DNA from: Candidatus Zixiibacteriota bacterium
GTDB lineage: Bacteria; Zixibacteria; MSB-5A5; UBA10806; 4484-95
Direction: 5' to 3'
Length of the DNA stretch: 64,000 nt
Assembly (NCBI GenBank): GCA_037441845.1
Contig: JBBIRK010000001.1
Location: 369,284 to 433,283 of the forward strand
Shown here: positions 39,672 through 50,543 of the stretch, piece by piece
Layout: each line of letters opens with the position of its first letter
Numbering within the stretch: the stretch's first letter is position 1
Translations under genes and position numbers: made by a program
Notes under the pieces: model-generated
The model's database searches: none
What the model saw: the letters and a program-made list of their open reading frames with translations, nothing else
What the model was told of the DNA's origin: nothing

Positions 39672-40730
39672 TTAAAAATTGTGCGGCAGATGAGGCCCAA
39701 GGCTGAAAACTGCTTGGATTGTCGCCTCCCAGAACGATTCGCCCTCGGTGGGTTTGGTTTGACCGGCGACGAGTCTCAGCAGACTGGTTTCCTCTATCGG
39801 AGCGTATCCAAAGAATATCGACCAGCGCCTGGAATCATGTTCGTTATCGCCGGGTTCCTGGGCGAATTCCAGAATCGCCCCTACGTTGAATCTTTGCCGA
39901 AATCGATAGTCGAAATAAGCATAACCGCCCAGAGATTCGACCGTCTCCTCCTCGGGCGTTGCGCGCCGGCTTAGCAGCCCCTCGGCCTCGAATTGAAAGG
40001 ATCGATAACGCGTAGGTTTCCATTTGTATTTCAAATCAATGCCGATTACGGACGCCCTCAAATCTTCTACTCGATCGTATTCGGTCGTCAACCCGGAAAT
40101 TCCGATAGCCAATTCGCCGTCTTCCGAAAGTGCGCCGGCGCCTGCGAATCTGGCCATAATGCCGGGGCTTGCTTCACTCTCGCCAGCGTTTTCATGTTCA
40201 TGCTCATGTTCGTCTGCCCTGATCGCCTCTCCCTTCAATACAGCTCCGGATAATTCCGTATATATATGCCCGATGGGGAAAATGCGGTTTATCCTGACAG
40301 CCATATCGTTCAATCCATGTTCGCCGAAAAACAAGCGATGCGGCAGCGGTTGAAAAATGAACGAATAGGCATGGGGATGAACCGGATTCAATTTGCCGAA
40401 TTCCAGCCGATATTTGCCCGCTCTGATATTCAATCCGAGCGGCATCCCTCGCAAACCGGTCATATACAATTCCTCTATTTCCGCGGCGTGTTGGCCCTCC
40501 CACGCGATCGTGGCATCGGCGCGTACATAAGGGTTGAGGTACCCGCCTATCACCAACTCCATCTGCGGATCAACCAAGTTGAAACGCTCGCTTTCGTCGG
40601 CGCGCGTATCATCGTTATGAGAAAACATTCTGAGATCGCCAACCAGAGAAATGTCGGGATTCAATGTCGTCTGGCCGGCGGCCGGAGATATCGCGAAAAC
40701 CAAGAATAAGCCGAGTGAGCACAATCTCAT
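39672..40730 (-). CDS. Outer-membrane beta-barrel with His-rich loop (metal uptake)
   Basis: Signal peptide; LNPDIS, FGKLN..HPH, EHEHEH, terminal GPH.PH.F. Confidence 0.75.
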   Translation of the reverse strand: MRLCSLGLFLVFAISPAAGQTTLNPDISLVGDLRMFSHNDDTRADESERFNLVDPQMELVIGGYLNPYVRADATIAWEGQHAAEIEELYMTGLRGMPLGLNIRAGKYRLEFGKLNPVHPHAYSFIFQPLPHRLFFGEHGLNDMAVRINRIFPIGHIYTELSGAVLKGEAIRADEHEHEHENAGESEASPGIMARFAGAGALSEDGELAIGISGLTTEYDRVEDLRASVIGIDLKYKWKPTRYRSFQFEAEGLLSRRATPEEETVESLGGYAYFDYRFRQRFNVGAILEFAQEPGDNEHDSRRWSIFFGYAPIEETSLLRLVAGQTKPTEGESFWEATIQAVFSLGPHLPHNF

Positions 40731-40788
40731 CCTCAGTCCCTTTCTATGCTATGAATTTTCATGTCCGCCCGCACGAAGCGGGCGTCGA

Positions 40789-41094
40789 TCAAACTACGGG
40801 AAAAGTTATCCAGCCTGAAGGTGGGGAACGCCCGTTGCCAGTATATTCGAGAAGGAAAGATGAAATCGGTATTTCAATGAAAATCAAAATGGCGATTATC
40901 GGCAGTTCCGCCGACAATGTGGGAGGTTCGGGGCTTATCCCATAGGCAGATGGTGTCTGGCATATCTGACAATGACCAAAGCCGCCTGCGTCTTGGTGAT
41001 AGTGTATGGCAAGCCCCAAATTTGCGACCAGCGGGACTATAACGATAACCCAATAGAAGACCCGATACTTAATCTTGATCGCTGTTATTCTCAT
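40789..41094 (-). CDS. DUF2946/CruR-like leader protein
   Basis: N-terminal TM, HYH, CQIC, Pro-rich linker, GRSPP near the C-terminus. Confidence 0.65.
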   Translation of the reverse strand: MRITAIKIKYRVFYWVIVIVPLVANLGLAIHYHQDAGGFGHCQICQTPSAYGISPEPPTLSAELPIIAILIFIEIPISSFLLEYTGNGRSPPSGWITFPVV

Positions 41095-41214
41095 GCGAAA
41101 ACCGCAGCATTAGAAGTGTCTATCAACTTTACGCCGATGGAGAACTGCCCTCCGAAACATGTGATTAGAGACTGCCGATAATATTCTCGTCCTTTCTCTC
41201 GCGGAACTAGCGCG

Positions 41215-41242
41215 AATATACAAATATCAAAAGATATGTCAA
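41215..41242 (-). promoter_or_regulatory. Sigma70 promoter of the metal-uptake operon
   Basis: TTGACA-16-TATATT. Confidence 0.6.
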
Positions 41243-41690
41243 GAAAAAGAACGTCTTGCATGAACTTAAATATCGATTATATAATAATTGACACTTGAGT
41301 TTTGCTCGGGTGACATTCTTGTTATTGCGAACTTGCCTCAGACAATCGAATAGCTATCGCGAATTGGCTTGCCTGTTCTATCGCACCGGCTATGATAATA
41401 TCGGCTTAACGCAATGATTCCGTTTTCATTATTCGGGATTGCCTGCTTGCCTTTGAAACGGCTTACTATATTACAAGAGCAGGATACTGTGTCCGCCAGC
41501 GCGATCAAGCCTTAAGAAAAAACAAGCCTCGGCATAAGTCCGCAATAATTATCCGAAATAGCATCAATCGGCATGTTCGTTGAGCAGCTATCTTAGGTTT
41601 TGGGATATATTAATGCCCGCTTCGGGATTTCCAGCGATCCCGTTTTCGTGCGCTATATATCGTCATTCGCGAAGCCTTACCCGCCAATCG

Positions 41691-42026
41691 TCATTCAGGC
41701 ACTGGATCCATAGTATCGGGGATACAACTCAGCACCTTTCGGGCGGCCGGTGGTGACATCTGGAGCCTCATACCTTCCTCGTTGCAGACTCGCATGAAAA
41801 AGTCGCAGAATAGGCAGTTGCGGGGTTTGCCGCTTGGGCGGCGTTGCGGCGAATCATTATTTATATTTCCGGCGACGCTCCAGCAGACCCGTCCGCCGTT
41901 TCTTCCATCGTTGACACCATCGGCGGCTACGTCGTAGGAGGCCGGGCAGATTCCCAGTCTCATCGTATTGGCGCCGCCCGGATTGCGGCCGCATTTTTTA
42001 TATTCCCAGCAGTTTATTCTTGACAT
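41691..42026 (-). CDS. Small Cys-rich two-CW domain protein
   Basis: NCWEYKKC, CPA, GGRVCW, CLFCDFF..V..EEG. Confidence 0.75.
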   Translation of the reverse strand: MSRINCWEYKKCGRNPGGANTMRLGICPASYDVAADGVNDGRNGGRVCWSVAGNINNDSPQRRPSGKPRNCLFCDFFMRVCNEEGMRLQMSPPAARKVLSCIPDTMDPVPE

Positions 42027-42269
42027 GTTCCACCCTCATGTTACTCAAACCCAAAACAGTCCATTAAAGATATATAACTGGAAATACAATATCGATAATC
42101 GGCAATTATGATGATAATCCGCCGCCTTCGGCGGACGATTCGGCAATTGCGCGAAATTGCCCGTATCACAATGCAACATGCAGCGACCTCAGCAATTAAC
42201 CCGCTTTAACCGCATGGTCGGCCGGCTCTTGCGCATGGGAAATGCCGATTCTTTCCGTAGCATTGTTTG

Positions 42270-42297
42270 TTGACAATAATTCAAACGGACATATATT
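42270..42297 (+). promoter_or_regulatory. Sigma70 promoter
   Basis: TTGACA-16-TATATT. Confidence 0.6.
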
Positions 42298-42327
42298 GGA
42301 AACAAGCAGACCCGTCGTTGTTAAGGG

Positions 42328-44199
42328 GTGATTTTCTTGTTCCGCCGCACTATCAAATCGGCATTGATATGTTTTGGATTCGCCCTCGGGGCAGTCGCCC
42401 AGACGCTTCCCGAGCGTTACCACACATATCAGGATGTTCTTGATACACTTGCCGTTATGCGGGATTCGTATTCCTCGATTCTCTATCTCGACACTATGGG
42501 CTACTCCACCCGCGATAGTGTTCCCTTGTTGCGCCTAAAGATATCGGATAATGCCACTGTCGATGAAGACGAGCCGGCGGTGTTCTTTTGCAGCGGCGTT
42601 CATGCCGATGAAGTCTTGGGTGTCGAGGTAACCTTATATTTCGTCCAAGATATTCTGCGCCGCTATTCTCTCGGCGAAACTCAGGCGACCCGTTTTATAA
42701 ACGAACTGGAGATATTCGTCGTTCCTTTTATCAACCCCGAGGGGCATATCGTGGTGGAAAACGGGATGACCAGTTGGCGCAAGAACAAGTGCGACAACAA
42801 CTTTAATGGAGTGTTCGACACCCATGACGGTGTCGATAACAATCGTAATTACGATTTTGCCTGGCATCTCGACACCTCTATGTCCGCCACCGCTCCCGAC
42901 AGCCCCATGTACAAGGGTACAGCACCGTTTACCCAATCGGAAAACCGGGCAATGGCGGAATTCGCCTGGAAGTACCGCCCGATTGTGGCTTTAGATTACC
43001 ATTCGCCGACTTACGGTCGGGGTGAGATCGTTTATTATCCGTGGTATTACGACACGACCTTAAATGGGCACGGCTACGCCCCCGATGCGGCTTTTATGGG
43101 CGGCATCTGCCGTTCTTACGCCTCACGGATTTTATGCGATATCGGAGCCTCACCTTATGCGACCGGAATAGGGTATGTCCGCATGGGCGATTTCAGAACT
43201 TATTTCTACGCCAATTTCGGAACCGTGGTTTTCACGGTGGAAATATCCGATACCACGATCCAGACGCCGGCGTCGCTGATAGACCTGATAGTGAGGCGGC
43301 ATTTGAACGGCACATACTATTTGCTCTCCCGCGCTCTGGGGGCGGGAATCACCGGCATAATCAGGGATTCAATAACTTTCGAGCCGCTCGAGGCGGAGGT
43401 CCAAGTATTGGAACGGATAAATCCCGATATAAATCCCCGGCTTTCACGGCCCGATTTCGGACGATACCACAGATTGCTCGGATCCGGCACATATACTCTT
43501 CGCTTCGTTAAGGACGGCTATCATACCAAGCAAATTGACAGCGTCGCGGTCGGAGGCGCCTCGCCGACGATCAACGATGTCTATCTATCTCCGCTATACC
43601 CGCGGCCGCCGGCGCCGGTGCTGACTTCTCCGGGCGACTACGACACGTTGGCCTCGGGACCGATGGATTTTCTGTGGCAGGAATCGAATTACGCATCATT
43701 CTATCTGTTCGAGCTTTCCGCCGATTCTTCGTTCAATTCACTGCTCATGTACGATTCCACGATATCGACAACCGGCTATCATATAGATATCCCATTTCCG
43801 GACGGCATCTACTATTGGCGGGTCAAGGGAGGAAACGTCAACGGCTGGGGACCCTATTCCTCCCGAGCCCGATTCGTTGTGCTGACCGGTTCGAAATACG
43901 CGGGCGATGCGACAATCCCGAAATTTTTCGCTCTGTATCAGAATTATCCCAACCCATTCAATCTATCCACGACCATACGATTCGACCTACCGAAAATCGC
44001 TCCGGTCACCCTTGAGGTATTCGATTTGACGGGTGCGCTGGTGAGCAAAAGATATCTGGGTCTATTAGGCCCGGGGCGGCATGCTGTCCGCTGGCAGGCC
44101 GGCGATGTCGAAGGTAAAGAACCGGCTTCGGGGATTTACTTCATCCGCCTGAAAACGCCAGAGTGGTCACAAGGCCGCAAGATGCTTATGCTTAAATAG
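42328..44199 (+). CDS. Secreted M14 zinc carboxypeptidase with T9SS-type C-terminal domain
   Basis: HADE, NPEG, WRKN, GVDNNRNY, DYHS; QNYPNPFN C-terminal domain. Confidence 0.9.
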   Translation: MIFLFRRTIKSALICFGFALGAVAQTLPERYHTYQDVLDTLAVMRDSYSSILYLDTMGYSTRDSVPLLRLKISDNATVDEDEPAVFFCSGVHADEVLGVEVTLYFVQDILRRYSLGETQATRFINELEIFVVPFINPEGHIVVENGMTSWRKNKCDNNFNGVFDTHDGVDNNRNYDFAWHLDTSMSATAPDSPMYKGTAPFTQSENRAMAEFAWKYRPIVALDYHSPTYGRGEIVYYPWYYDTTLNGHGYAPDAAFMGGICRSYASRILCDIGASPYATGIGYVRMGDFRTYFYANFGTVVFTVEISDTTIQTPASLIDLIVRRHLNGTYYLLSRALGAGITGIIRDSITFEPLEAEVQVLERINPDINPRLSRPDFGRYHRLLGSGTYTLRFVKDGYHTKQIDSVAVGGASPTINDVYLSPLYPRPPAPVLTSPGDYDTLASGPMDFLWQESNYASFYLFELSADSSFNSLLMYDSTISTTGYHIDIPFPDGIYYWRVKGGNVNGWGPYSSRARFVVLTGSKYAGDATIPKFFALYQNYPNPFNLSTTIRFDLPKIAPVTLEVFDLTGALVSKRYLGLLGPGRHAVRWQAGDVEGKEPASGIYFIRLKTPEWSQGRKMLMLK

Positions 44200-44267
44200 A
44201 CCCGGGGGAAATTCCCGTTCGGCCGCAGCCGCTTTTATATTCCCTTTTCGAAATCGAACCAATATGG

Positions 44268-44296
44268 TTGCACATCGGCCTTCCGAAGGTTAATTT
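44268..44296 (+). promoter_or_regulatory. panC promoter
   Basis: TTGCAC-17-TAATTT. Confidence 0.5.
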
Positions 44297-44344
44297 TGTC
44301 TCGATGACAGGCAAGCGTATCAATTCGAAAGCAACGGTTCGGCC

Positions 44345-45190
44345 ATGAAGATAGTAAAATCGATTCGCGCCATGCAAAAATTCGCCGATAGCCGGCGTCG
44401 GCGGGGAAAATCGATCGGACTGGTGCCCACCATGGGGGCGTTGCATGAAGGGCATCTGTCCTTGATAAAAAGATCCGCCCGTGAAAATGACCTCACGGTT
44501 GTTTCCATATTCGTGAACCCCACGCAGTTCGGACCCGGCGAGGATTTCGATCGCTACCCGCGGCGGCCATCGCAAGACCTCAGGCTTGCCGCAAGAGCCG
44601 GCGCCGATATCGTTTTCATGCCTCGGAACGACGATATCTATCCGGAAAACTTCGGAACGTTCGTCGATCCCGGTGCGATCGGGGAAATTCTCGAGGGCAA
44701 AGCGCGGCCGGGTCATTTCCGGGGTGTGGCTACGATTTGCGTCAAGCTGTTCAATATCGTCAAACCGCACCGGGCCTATTTCGGCCAAAAAGACGCTCAA
44801 CAACTTGCGATTATGCTGCGCCTGGTTAAGGACCTCAATTTCGACATGAAAATCGTCGCCTGCAAGATCGTCAGGTCTCCCCAGGGGGTAGCCTTGTCAT
44901 CGCGACATGCTTATCTCGATAAAGACGATCTGATCAAAGCCGAGGCAATATACAGCTCGCTGCAACAGGCCCGCCGAATGATCTTATCGGGCGAGCGCGA
45001 CATCGAAAAAATCAAACTCACCATTAAATCCATTATCGAATCCCGACCGCCGCTGCAACTGGAATATGTTTCCTTGAATAGCTGGCCTGATCTTGCAACG
45101 GTTAATAAGCTCGAAGGCAGAATATTGATTTCATTGGTCGCCGGAATAAAGGGAATTCGACTTCTGGATAACATTGTAATCAAAGTTTAG
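44345..45190 (+). CDS. panC: Pantoate-beta-alanine ligase
   Basis: PTMGALHEGH, SIFVNPTQF, RPGHF.GV, FGQKDAQQ, RLLDN. Confidence 0.97.
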   Translation: MKIVKSIRAMQKFADSRRRRGKSIGLVPTMGALHEGHLSLIKRSARENDLTVVSIFVNPTQFGPGEDFDRYPRRPSQDLRLAARAGADIVFMPRNDDIYPENFGTFVDPGAIGEILEGKARPGHFRGVATICVKLFNIVKPHRAYFGQKDAQQLAIMLRLVKDLNFDMKIVACKIVRSPQGVALSSRHAYLDKDDLIKAEAIYSSLQQARRMILSGERDIEKIKLTIKSIIESRPPLQLEYVSLNSWPDLATVNKLEGRILISLVAGIKGIRLLDNIVIKV

Positions 45191-45235
45191 AATTTATCGG
45201 GAATCTCGCCGACGGGAACCCGCAAATATATTTTT

Positions 45236-45880
45236 TCAATGGTGTTCCATCGTTGACTGATTTTTGCCGTGATGCCCGCCGTGTTGCTCGGATTCTATTG
45301 GCTGTCCCCTTCGCTCTTGTTTGGATACGGATAAAGTGTCTGGGGCAGTCGGTTTGAGCGGGCTTGCCCTTTGAGAATCCTCGGCCGTCGGCGGCGGCAA
45401 TTCATTCAGATTATAAAGAGCCTTGATATATTCCATGTTTTCGTCGTGCGTGATCATGGCGGCATCTACGCCGACTCCATACTGGTAGATGCCCAATTTG
45501 CCTATTTGGCCGATTCCGAAAATCAGCCCCAGACAGAGCCCGCAAAGGCCGAGATATCCGCAAAACAACTTTTCCGGCAAAAGTTTGTGAAGAATCAGTC
45601 TATAGTTGGCCAGAAGCAAGATCAGAAAAAACAATACGAAACCGAGCGTTTCATGCGATGCCATCAGCTGTTTTCCCTCGGCTGTCATCCAGGCGAATTT
45701 CATATCTATCAAACCGCTGAGCACCGATACAAACATCATCGCCGCCGCAATCCCTATGTGCCACTTGGCCAGGATGACCCAAAGCCGCTTGCCGCTGAGC
45801 TGCACCAACATTTCGTAAATCACGGCCAGGACCGTAATCACCAAGGCGAACTCAACGATCCAACGGTGCATACCTTGCAT
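45236..45880 (-). CDS. DUF2231-like membrane protein with His-rich tail
   Basis: H..IV.F...; four TM helices; G..G.YQYGVGV; HGGHH...HH. Confidence 0.6.
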   Translation of the reverse strand: MQGMHRWIVEFALVITVLAVIYEMLVQLSGKRLWVILAKWHIGIAAAMMFVSVLSGLIDMKFAWMTAEGKQLMASHETLGFVLFFLILLLANYRLILHKLLPEKLFCGYLGLCGLCLGLIFGIGQIGKLGIYQYGVGVDAAMITHDENMEYIKALYNLNELPPPTAEDSQRASPLKPTAPDTLSVSKQERRGQPIESEQHGGHHGKNQSTMEHH

Positions 45881-46060
45881 GCCGCAATTCCCCCGCCATA
45901 TTATTATTGAAAGTTATCGGCCGCCGCCGCCCCTGCAATTCGGCGGATCGGGAGATACGGTTTCAATATGCAACAATGATTAAACCTTCAACGGGCAGGC
46001 GATTTCACGATAGTATGGCGCGTAAAATCCATTTCGAGCGGGTTTCAAGCGCCCGCGTCG

Positions 46061-48484
46061 TCAAGATTTTTTGACTTTGCCCTGTTTGCCGCCGCTTTTT
46101 TTGCCCGATGTCTTATCGATTTTCAAACCGAGTGCATGCCAGAGAACCTCGCTCACCGAATCGACCGGAATGAATTTTATGCGCGAGGTTATCTCTTTCG
46201 GAATCTCGATCAGATCCTTCTCGTTTTTCTTGGGAAAAATGATCTGCCTGATGCCGGATCGATAGGCCGCCAAAGCTTTCTGTTTCAATCCGCCGATCGG
46301 CAATACTTCCCCGCGAAGAGTTATTTCTCCGGTCATGGCCAAAAGCGGTCTGACCGGCCTTTTCGTAGCCAGAGAGGCAAGCGCGGTGAACATGGTAATT
46401 CCGGCCGATGGGCCGTCTTTGGGAGTCGAGCCCGCGGGAACATGAACGTGGAAATCGTTCTTGTTGAAATAATCGGGTTCAATCCCCAGCTCGTCGGCCA
46501 AAGACCGCAAGTGCGAGAGAGCGGTGAACACCGATTCTTTCATGACATCGCCCAACTGCCCGGTGAGCGTTATTTCTTTTTTGCCGGGCATGGCGGTGGC
46601 TTCAACGAAAAGAATCTCACCGCCGGTCGAGGTCCAGGCGAGCCCGGGGACAACCCCGATGCGAGGGATATTATCGGCGATTTCCCGATAGATTTTGGCG
46701 GGACCGAGATACTCTTCGACTTCCGCCGGCGTTATCGATATTTTTCCCGCCTCGAGCGATGCCACCTTGCGGGCCACCTTTCGGCAGATCGTACCGATCT
46801 CACGATTAAGGTTCCTCAGCCCGGATTCCCTGGTATAAAGAGAAATGATCTTCTTGATGGCGTTATCCGATATGCTCAGGTTTTTCGCTTTCAAGCCATG
46901 GTCTTCGAGGTTTCTCGGAACCAGATATTTCTTGGCGATAGCCAATTTCTCGAGATCGGTGTAGCCCGAAAGTACGATGACCTCCATCCTGTCGAGGAGC
47001 ACGGCCGGTATAGTTTCGAGGATATTGGCGGTGGTGATGAACATTACCTTGGTCAGATCGAAATTCACGTCCAAATAATGATCAGAGAAGCTGAAATTCT
47101 GTTCGGGATCGAGCACCTCGAGCAGCGCCGAGGATGGATCTCCTCGAAAATCCTGCCCGATTTTATCTACTTCATCGAGCATGAAAACCGGATTATTGGA
47201 ACCGGCCTTGCGCAACCCCTGGATAATTCTGCCTGGCAGCGCGCCGATATATGTCCTGCGGTGGCCGCGGATTTCGGCTTCGTCCCGCACGCCGCCGAGC
47301 GAAATGCGATGGAATTTACGCCCCATGGCCCGGGCGATTGAGCGGCCCAGCGAGGTTTTGCCGACACCCGGCGGGCCTACGAAACAAAGAATCGGCCCTT
47401 TAAGATCTTTTTTTAACTTGCGCACCGCCAGAAATTCCAGAATCCTTTCTTTCACTTTGTCTAGATCGAAATGATCCTCGTTTAGAATTTTCTGTGCGGC
47501 TTTGATATCGAGTATGTCCTCCGTGGATATCGACCACGGCAGGCTGACAAGCCAATCGAGATATGTGCGGCTTACCGTATATTCGGCGGCCGCCGGGCTC
47601 ATTTTAGACAGACGGTCAAGCTCTTTTTGAGCCGCCTCGAGCGCCTCCTTGGGCATGCCCGCCTTTTCGATTTTGGCTTTGAATTCCTCGATCTCTAGGG
47701 TGCGGTCGTCGGCCTCCCCGAGTTCCCTTTGGATCGCCTTCAGTTGTTCGCGCAGAATATATTCTTTCTGCGATTTGCCCATCTCGCTGGCCGCCTCGGA
47801 CTGGATTTTCCGTGACATCTCGAGTATCTGCAGCTCTTTGGATATCAAGAGCATCACCCGATATAGGCGCTGTTTCACGTCGAATATCTCGAGTATATTC
47901 TGCTTTTCCTGTATGCTGGCGTTGAGGTTCGAGGCGATCAGGTCTGCCAGCCTGGCGGGGTCGGATGTGTTATATGCGGAAATCTGCAGGTCGTCCGGAA
48001 GATACGGTGCGAGCTTGATCACCTTCGCCAGTTGATCCATTATATTCCTGGCCAGCGCCTCGGCTTCTATCGACGGCGAAAATATCTCCTCCGGGGCCTC
48101 AACCTCCCCCTTCCAATAGGGATCGGTTTGGATAATCCTTTTGAGACGGATCCGGGCGATTCCCTGCACCAGAAAACGCACGGAACCATCAGGGAAACGC
48201 AGCATCTTGAGAATCTGGCCGGCCGTACCGATTTGATAAATATCATCGATACCCGGCTTTTCCACTTCGGCATCTATTTGCGTAAAAAGACCGAGAGGCT
48301 TTCCCGACATAAGGGTTTCGTCGACCAGCTTGGTATCGCGTGATTCGGCCACCATCAAGGACGTGACCAGAGCCGGAAAAACCACCGTCCCTTTCACCGG
48401 AAGGATGGCGATCGGTTCGGAACAAATACGCTCCTTCTCCTTGGCGATCGCCTGCTGGATATCTTCACCATTACCTGTGACCAT
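46061..48484 (-). CDS. lon: Lon protease
   Basis: [30 protein letters not shown]. Confidence 0.97.
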   Translation of the reverse strand: MVTGNGEDIQQAIAKEKERICSEPIAILPVKGTVVFPALVTSLMVAESRDTKLVDETLMSGKPLGLFTQIDAEVEKPGIDDIYQIGTAGQILKMLRFPDGSVRFLVQGIARIRLKRIIQTDPYWKGEVEAPEEIFSPSIEAEALARNIMDQLAKVIKLAPYLPDDLQISAYNTSDPARLADLIASNLNASIQEKQNILEIFDVKQRLYRVMLLISKELQILEMSRKIQSEAASEMGKSQKEYILREQLKAIQRELGEADDRTLEIEEFKAKIEKAGMPKEALEAAQKELDRLSKMSPAAAEYTVSRTYLDWLVSLPWSISTEDILDIKAAQKILNEDHFDLDKVKERILEFLAVRKLKKDLKGPILCFVGPPGVGKTSLGRSIARAMGRKFHRISLGGVRDEAEIRGHRRTYIGALPGRIIQGLRKAGSNNPVFMLDEVDKIGQDFRGDPSSALLEVLDPEQNFSFSDHYLDVNFDLTKVMFITTANILETIPAVLLDRMEVIVLSGYTDLEKLAIAKKYLVPRNLEDHGLKAKNLSISDNAIKKIISLYTRESGLRNLNREIGTICRKVARKVASLEAGKISITPAEVEEYLGPAKIYREIADNIPRIGVVPGLAWTSTGGEILFVEATAMPGKKEITLTGQLGDVMKESVFTALSHLRSLADELGIEPDYFNKNDFHVHVPAGSTPKDGPSAGITMFTALASLATKRPVRPLLAMTGEITLRGEVLPIGGLKQKALAAYRSGIRQIIFPKKNEKDLIEIPKEITSRIKFIPVDSVSEVLWHALGLKIDKTSGKKSGGKQGKVKKS

Positions 48485-48538
48485 TATCCTGACTCCTGTC
48501 GCCGGTTAAACTATTGCGCCACGCATATAGCATCGACA

Positions 48539-48847
48539 TCATCGATCATCTTCTACACCGTAAAACAACTTCTTTTGCCGTTCGAGCCAATCGAAAAATT
48601 TCTGCTTTTTTTCGGGGAATTTGAAATGCAACAGATATTCGCCTTTGCGGTTAGAGGGAGCATCGTATGGATTGAACATGAACCTGAAATCATCCTCGAA
48701 TTTCTTTCTGTCGCCTGCCGAGCTTTCCCATCCGGAGGGGTCGATATCGGTGCCGCCGGAAAACGAGACTAAAAACGAATCGGGCTTATCGGCCGGCTTG
48801 ATGGTTAAGTTAAAAGATTTGAAATTGATGATCCTCGGTCTGTCCAT
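48539..48847 (-). CDS. Hypothetical protein upstream of lon
   Basis: 102-aa ORF with globular composition, filling the gap on the lon strand. Confidence 0.6.
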   Translation of the reverse strand: MDRPRIINFKSFNLTIKPADKPDSFLVSFSGGTDIDPSGWESSAGDRKKFEDDFRFMFNPYDAPSNRKGEYLLHFKFPEKKQKFFDWLERQKKLFYGVEDDR

Positions 48848-49059
48848 TTCTTTGCTTATACTCCTTCAAGGTCCCGGATCTCTATCAACTAAAGCCCGGG
48901 GGAATCAATCATTTCGCTGCAATATAAAACATTTACGGCGGCTTTTGTCTATGAAAATAAATTCGGCTTTGAAGAGAACGCGTCCTTGAAAGGGAGATAC
49001 TATGGCCTTTACATCGAGGAACGAAATGAATATCATGTTGCGGGAGTAATTTAAGGCAA

Positions 49060-50520
49060 ATGAATGACAGACGCGCAGATTTCAGGGAAAAGCTGCTGAT
49101 AGCGCTGATAGTGGCAGGCGCGGTTGTTTTTTATTTGCCGTTTTTGTCTCGGCAGTTTATCGGCGACGACTGGTTATGGCTTTATAATGCCAAGTCGGCG
49201 GCGAAAGATCCTTCTATTTTTTTCGAGCGCCCGATGTATGGGTATTTCCGACCGCTCAACATGGCCGTAATTTTCGCGATGCTGCATATTTTCGGGCCGC
49301 ATGCATGGATTTTCAGCTTGGGCAGCGTTTTTCTGCATTGCGCCAACGTATTTTTGCTCTGGACCGCGTTGCGGGCATATGGTGTGCCTAAAGAGATAAG
49401 ACTGCTGGCGCCTTTTATATTCGCTTTCTATTATCTGAACATATCGGCGATCGAATGGATTTCCGTGGGACATGATTTATGGGTTACCGGATTGATTCTG
49501 ATATTCATGATCTTATTGAAAAAATTTCATGAGCGGCCGGATATCGGCGGTTTCTCGGTCATGTTTGCAGTTGGTTTGGCGGCCGCGTTGTTCAAGGAAT
49601 CGGGATTGATAGCGATCGCTTTATATTTCGGCTATTTGTTGCTCAGCGGTGCCAATCCTTTTGCCGCCGCATATCGGAAATATTCACTTCTGTATATTGT
49701 ATTTTATTCCACTTATATTATCATCTATTTTCAAACACGCGCATTCGCCGACAAGCAAATCGAAATAGGCCTGAGCGCAGTAGTGAACACGATTTATTTT
49801 ATTACTTATCTACTGGTACCGTTAGCCAAGCGGGTGGCTGATGGATTCTCGCCTGAATTGACGGCGATCTTGAACTGGATGAGGATTTTGGTGATGCCGA
49901 TATTGACGGCGTCGCTCATATACGCCGTTTTCAGGGGCTCCAAAGCGGTCAGGATATTTATTATTATGATGGTGTTGTTTATCGGGACGGTGGCGGTTTT
50001 CAAGTGGAATCTTTCGCTTTTTTCGCCTTATCCCGAGGATCCGGCCTCGCGTTTCATGTATAGCCCCTTTGTCGGCATGGCGGTATTTCTGGGCCGGTTG
50101 ATCGGCGGTGGTTTCAACCTGCTGAAAAACATGCGCGTGATGAAAACGATAACCGCCGGTCTGGCAGTTATATATATCGCGGCGAATTTCGCGGTGGTTG
50201 CCGATATGTCAACGGTTTTCGCCGATCAACAACGACTAAGCCAGAGGATAATCGACGGCATTCAAAATAACTTAGAGCAGTTCTCAGATATCGACAGCGT
50301 GATTGTAGTGACCGATAATCTATCCGCCACCGAACAGATGATCAGCTCCAACAAACACCTGCCAGCGATACTATACGTGATATTCGATAAGAAATTGACG
50401 TCACATACGGTTGAAGACTCGGCATTCTCAAAATTCGAACTCGGAAAACAAAATCGAACCTTGACCGTAGGATGGGATGATCGTGGTGGATTTGTTTTCA
50501 TCCACGATCTCAAAATGTAA
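49060..50520 (+). CDS. Polytopic membrane protein, GT-C (PMT/ArnT-like) glycosyltransferase type
   Basis: DD after TM1, YFRPL, LH..N, FKES, RFMY.P. Confidence 0.65.
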   Translation: MNDRRADFREKLLIALIVAGAVVFYLPFLSRQFIGDDWLWLYNAKSAAKDPSIFFERPMYGYFRPLNMAVIFAMLHIFGPHAWIFSLGSVFLHCANVFLLWTALRAYGVPKEIRLLAPFIFAFYYLNISAIEWISVGHDLWVTGLILIFMILLKKFHERPDIGGFSVMFAVGLAAALFKESGLIAIALYFGYLLLSGANPFAAAYRKYSLLYIVFYSTYIIIYFQTRAFADKQIEIGLSAVVNTIYFITYLLVPLAKRVADGFSPELTAILNWMRILVMPILTASLIYAVFRGSKAVRIFIIMMVLFIGTVAVFKWNLSLFSPYPEDPASRFMYSPFVGMAVFLGRLIGGGFNLLKNMRVMKTITAGLAVIYIAANFAVVADMSTVFADQQRLSQRIIDGIQNNLEQFSDIDSVIVVTDNLSATEQMISSNKHLPAILYVIFDKKLTSHTVEDSAFSKFELGKQNRTLTVGWDDRGGFVFIHDLKM

Positions 50521-50543
50521 AATTCGATTAGGCATAAAATATT

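Noticed and set aside
41095..41690. oriC in the long intergenic region
   Set aside because: No TTATCCACA cluster seen.
46136..47341. 401-aa ORF antisense to lon
   Set aside because: Antisense shadow; no recognisable domain.
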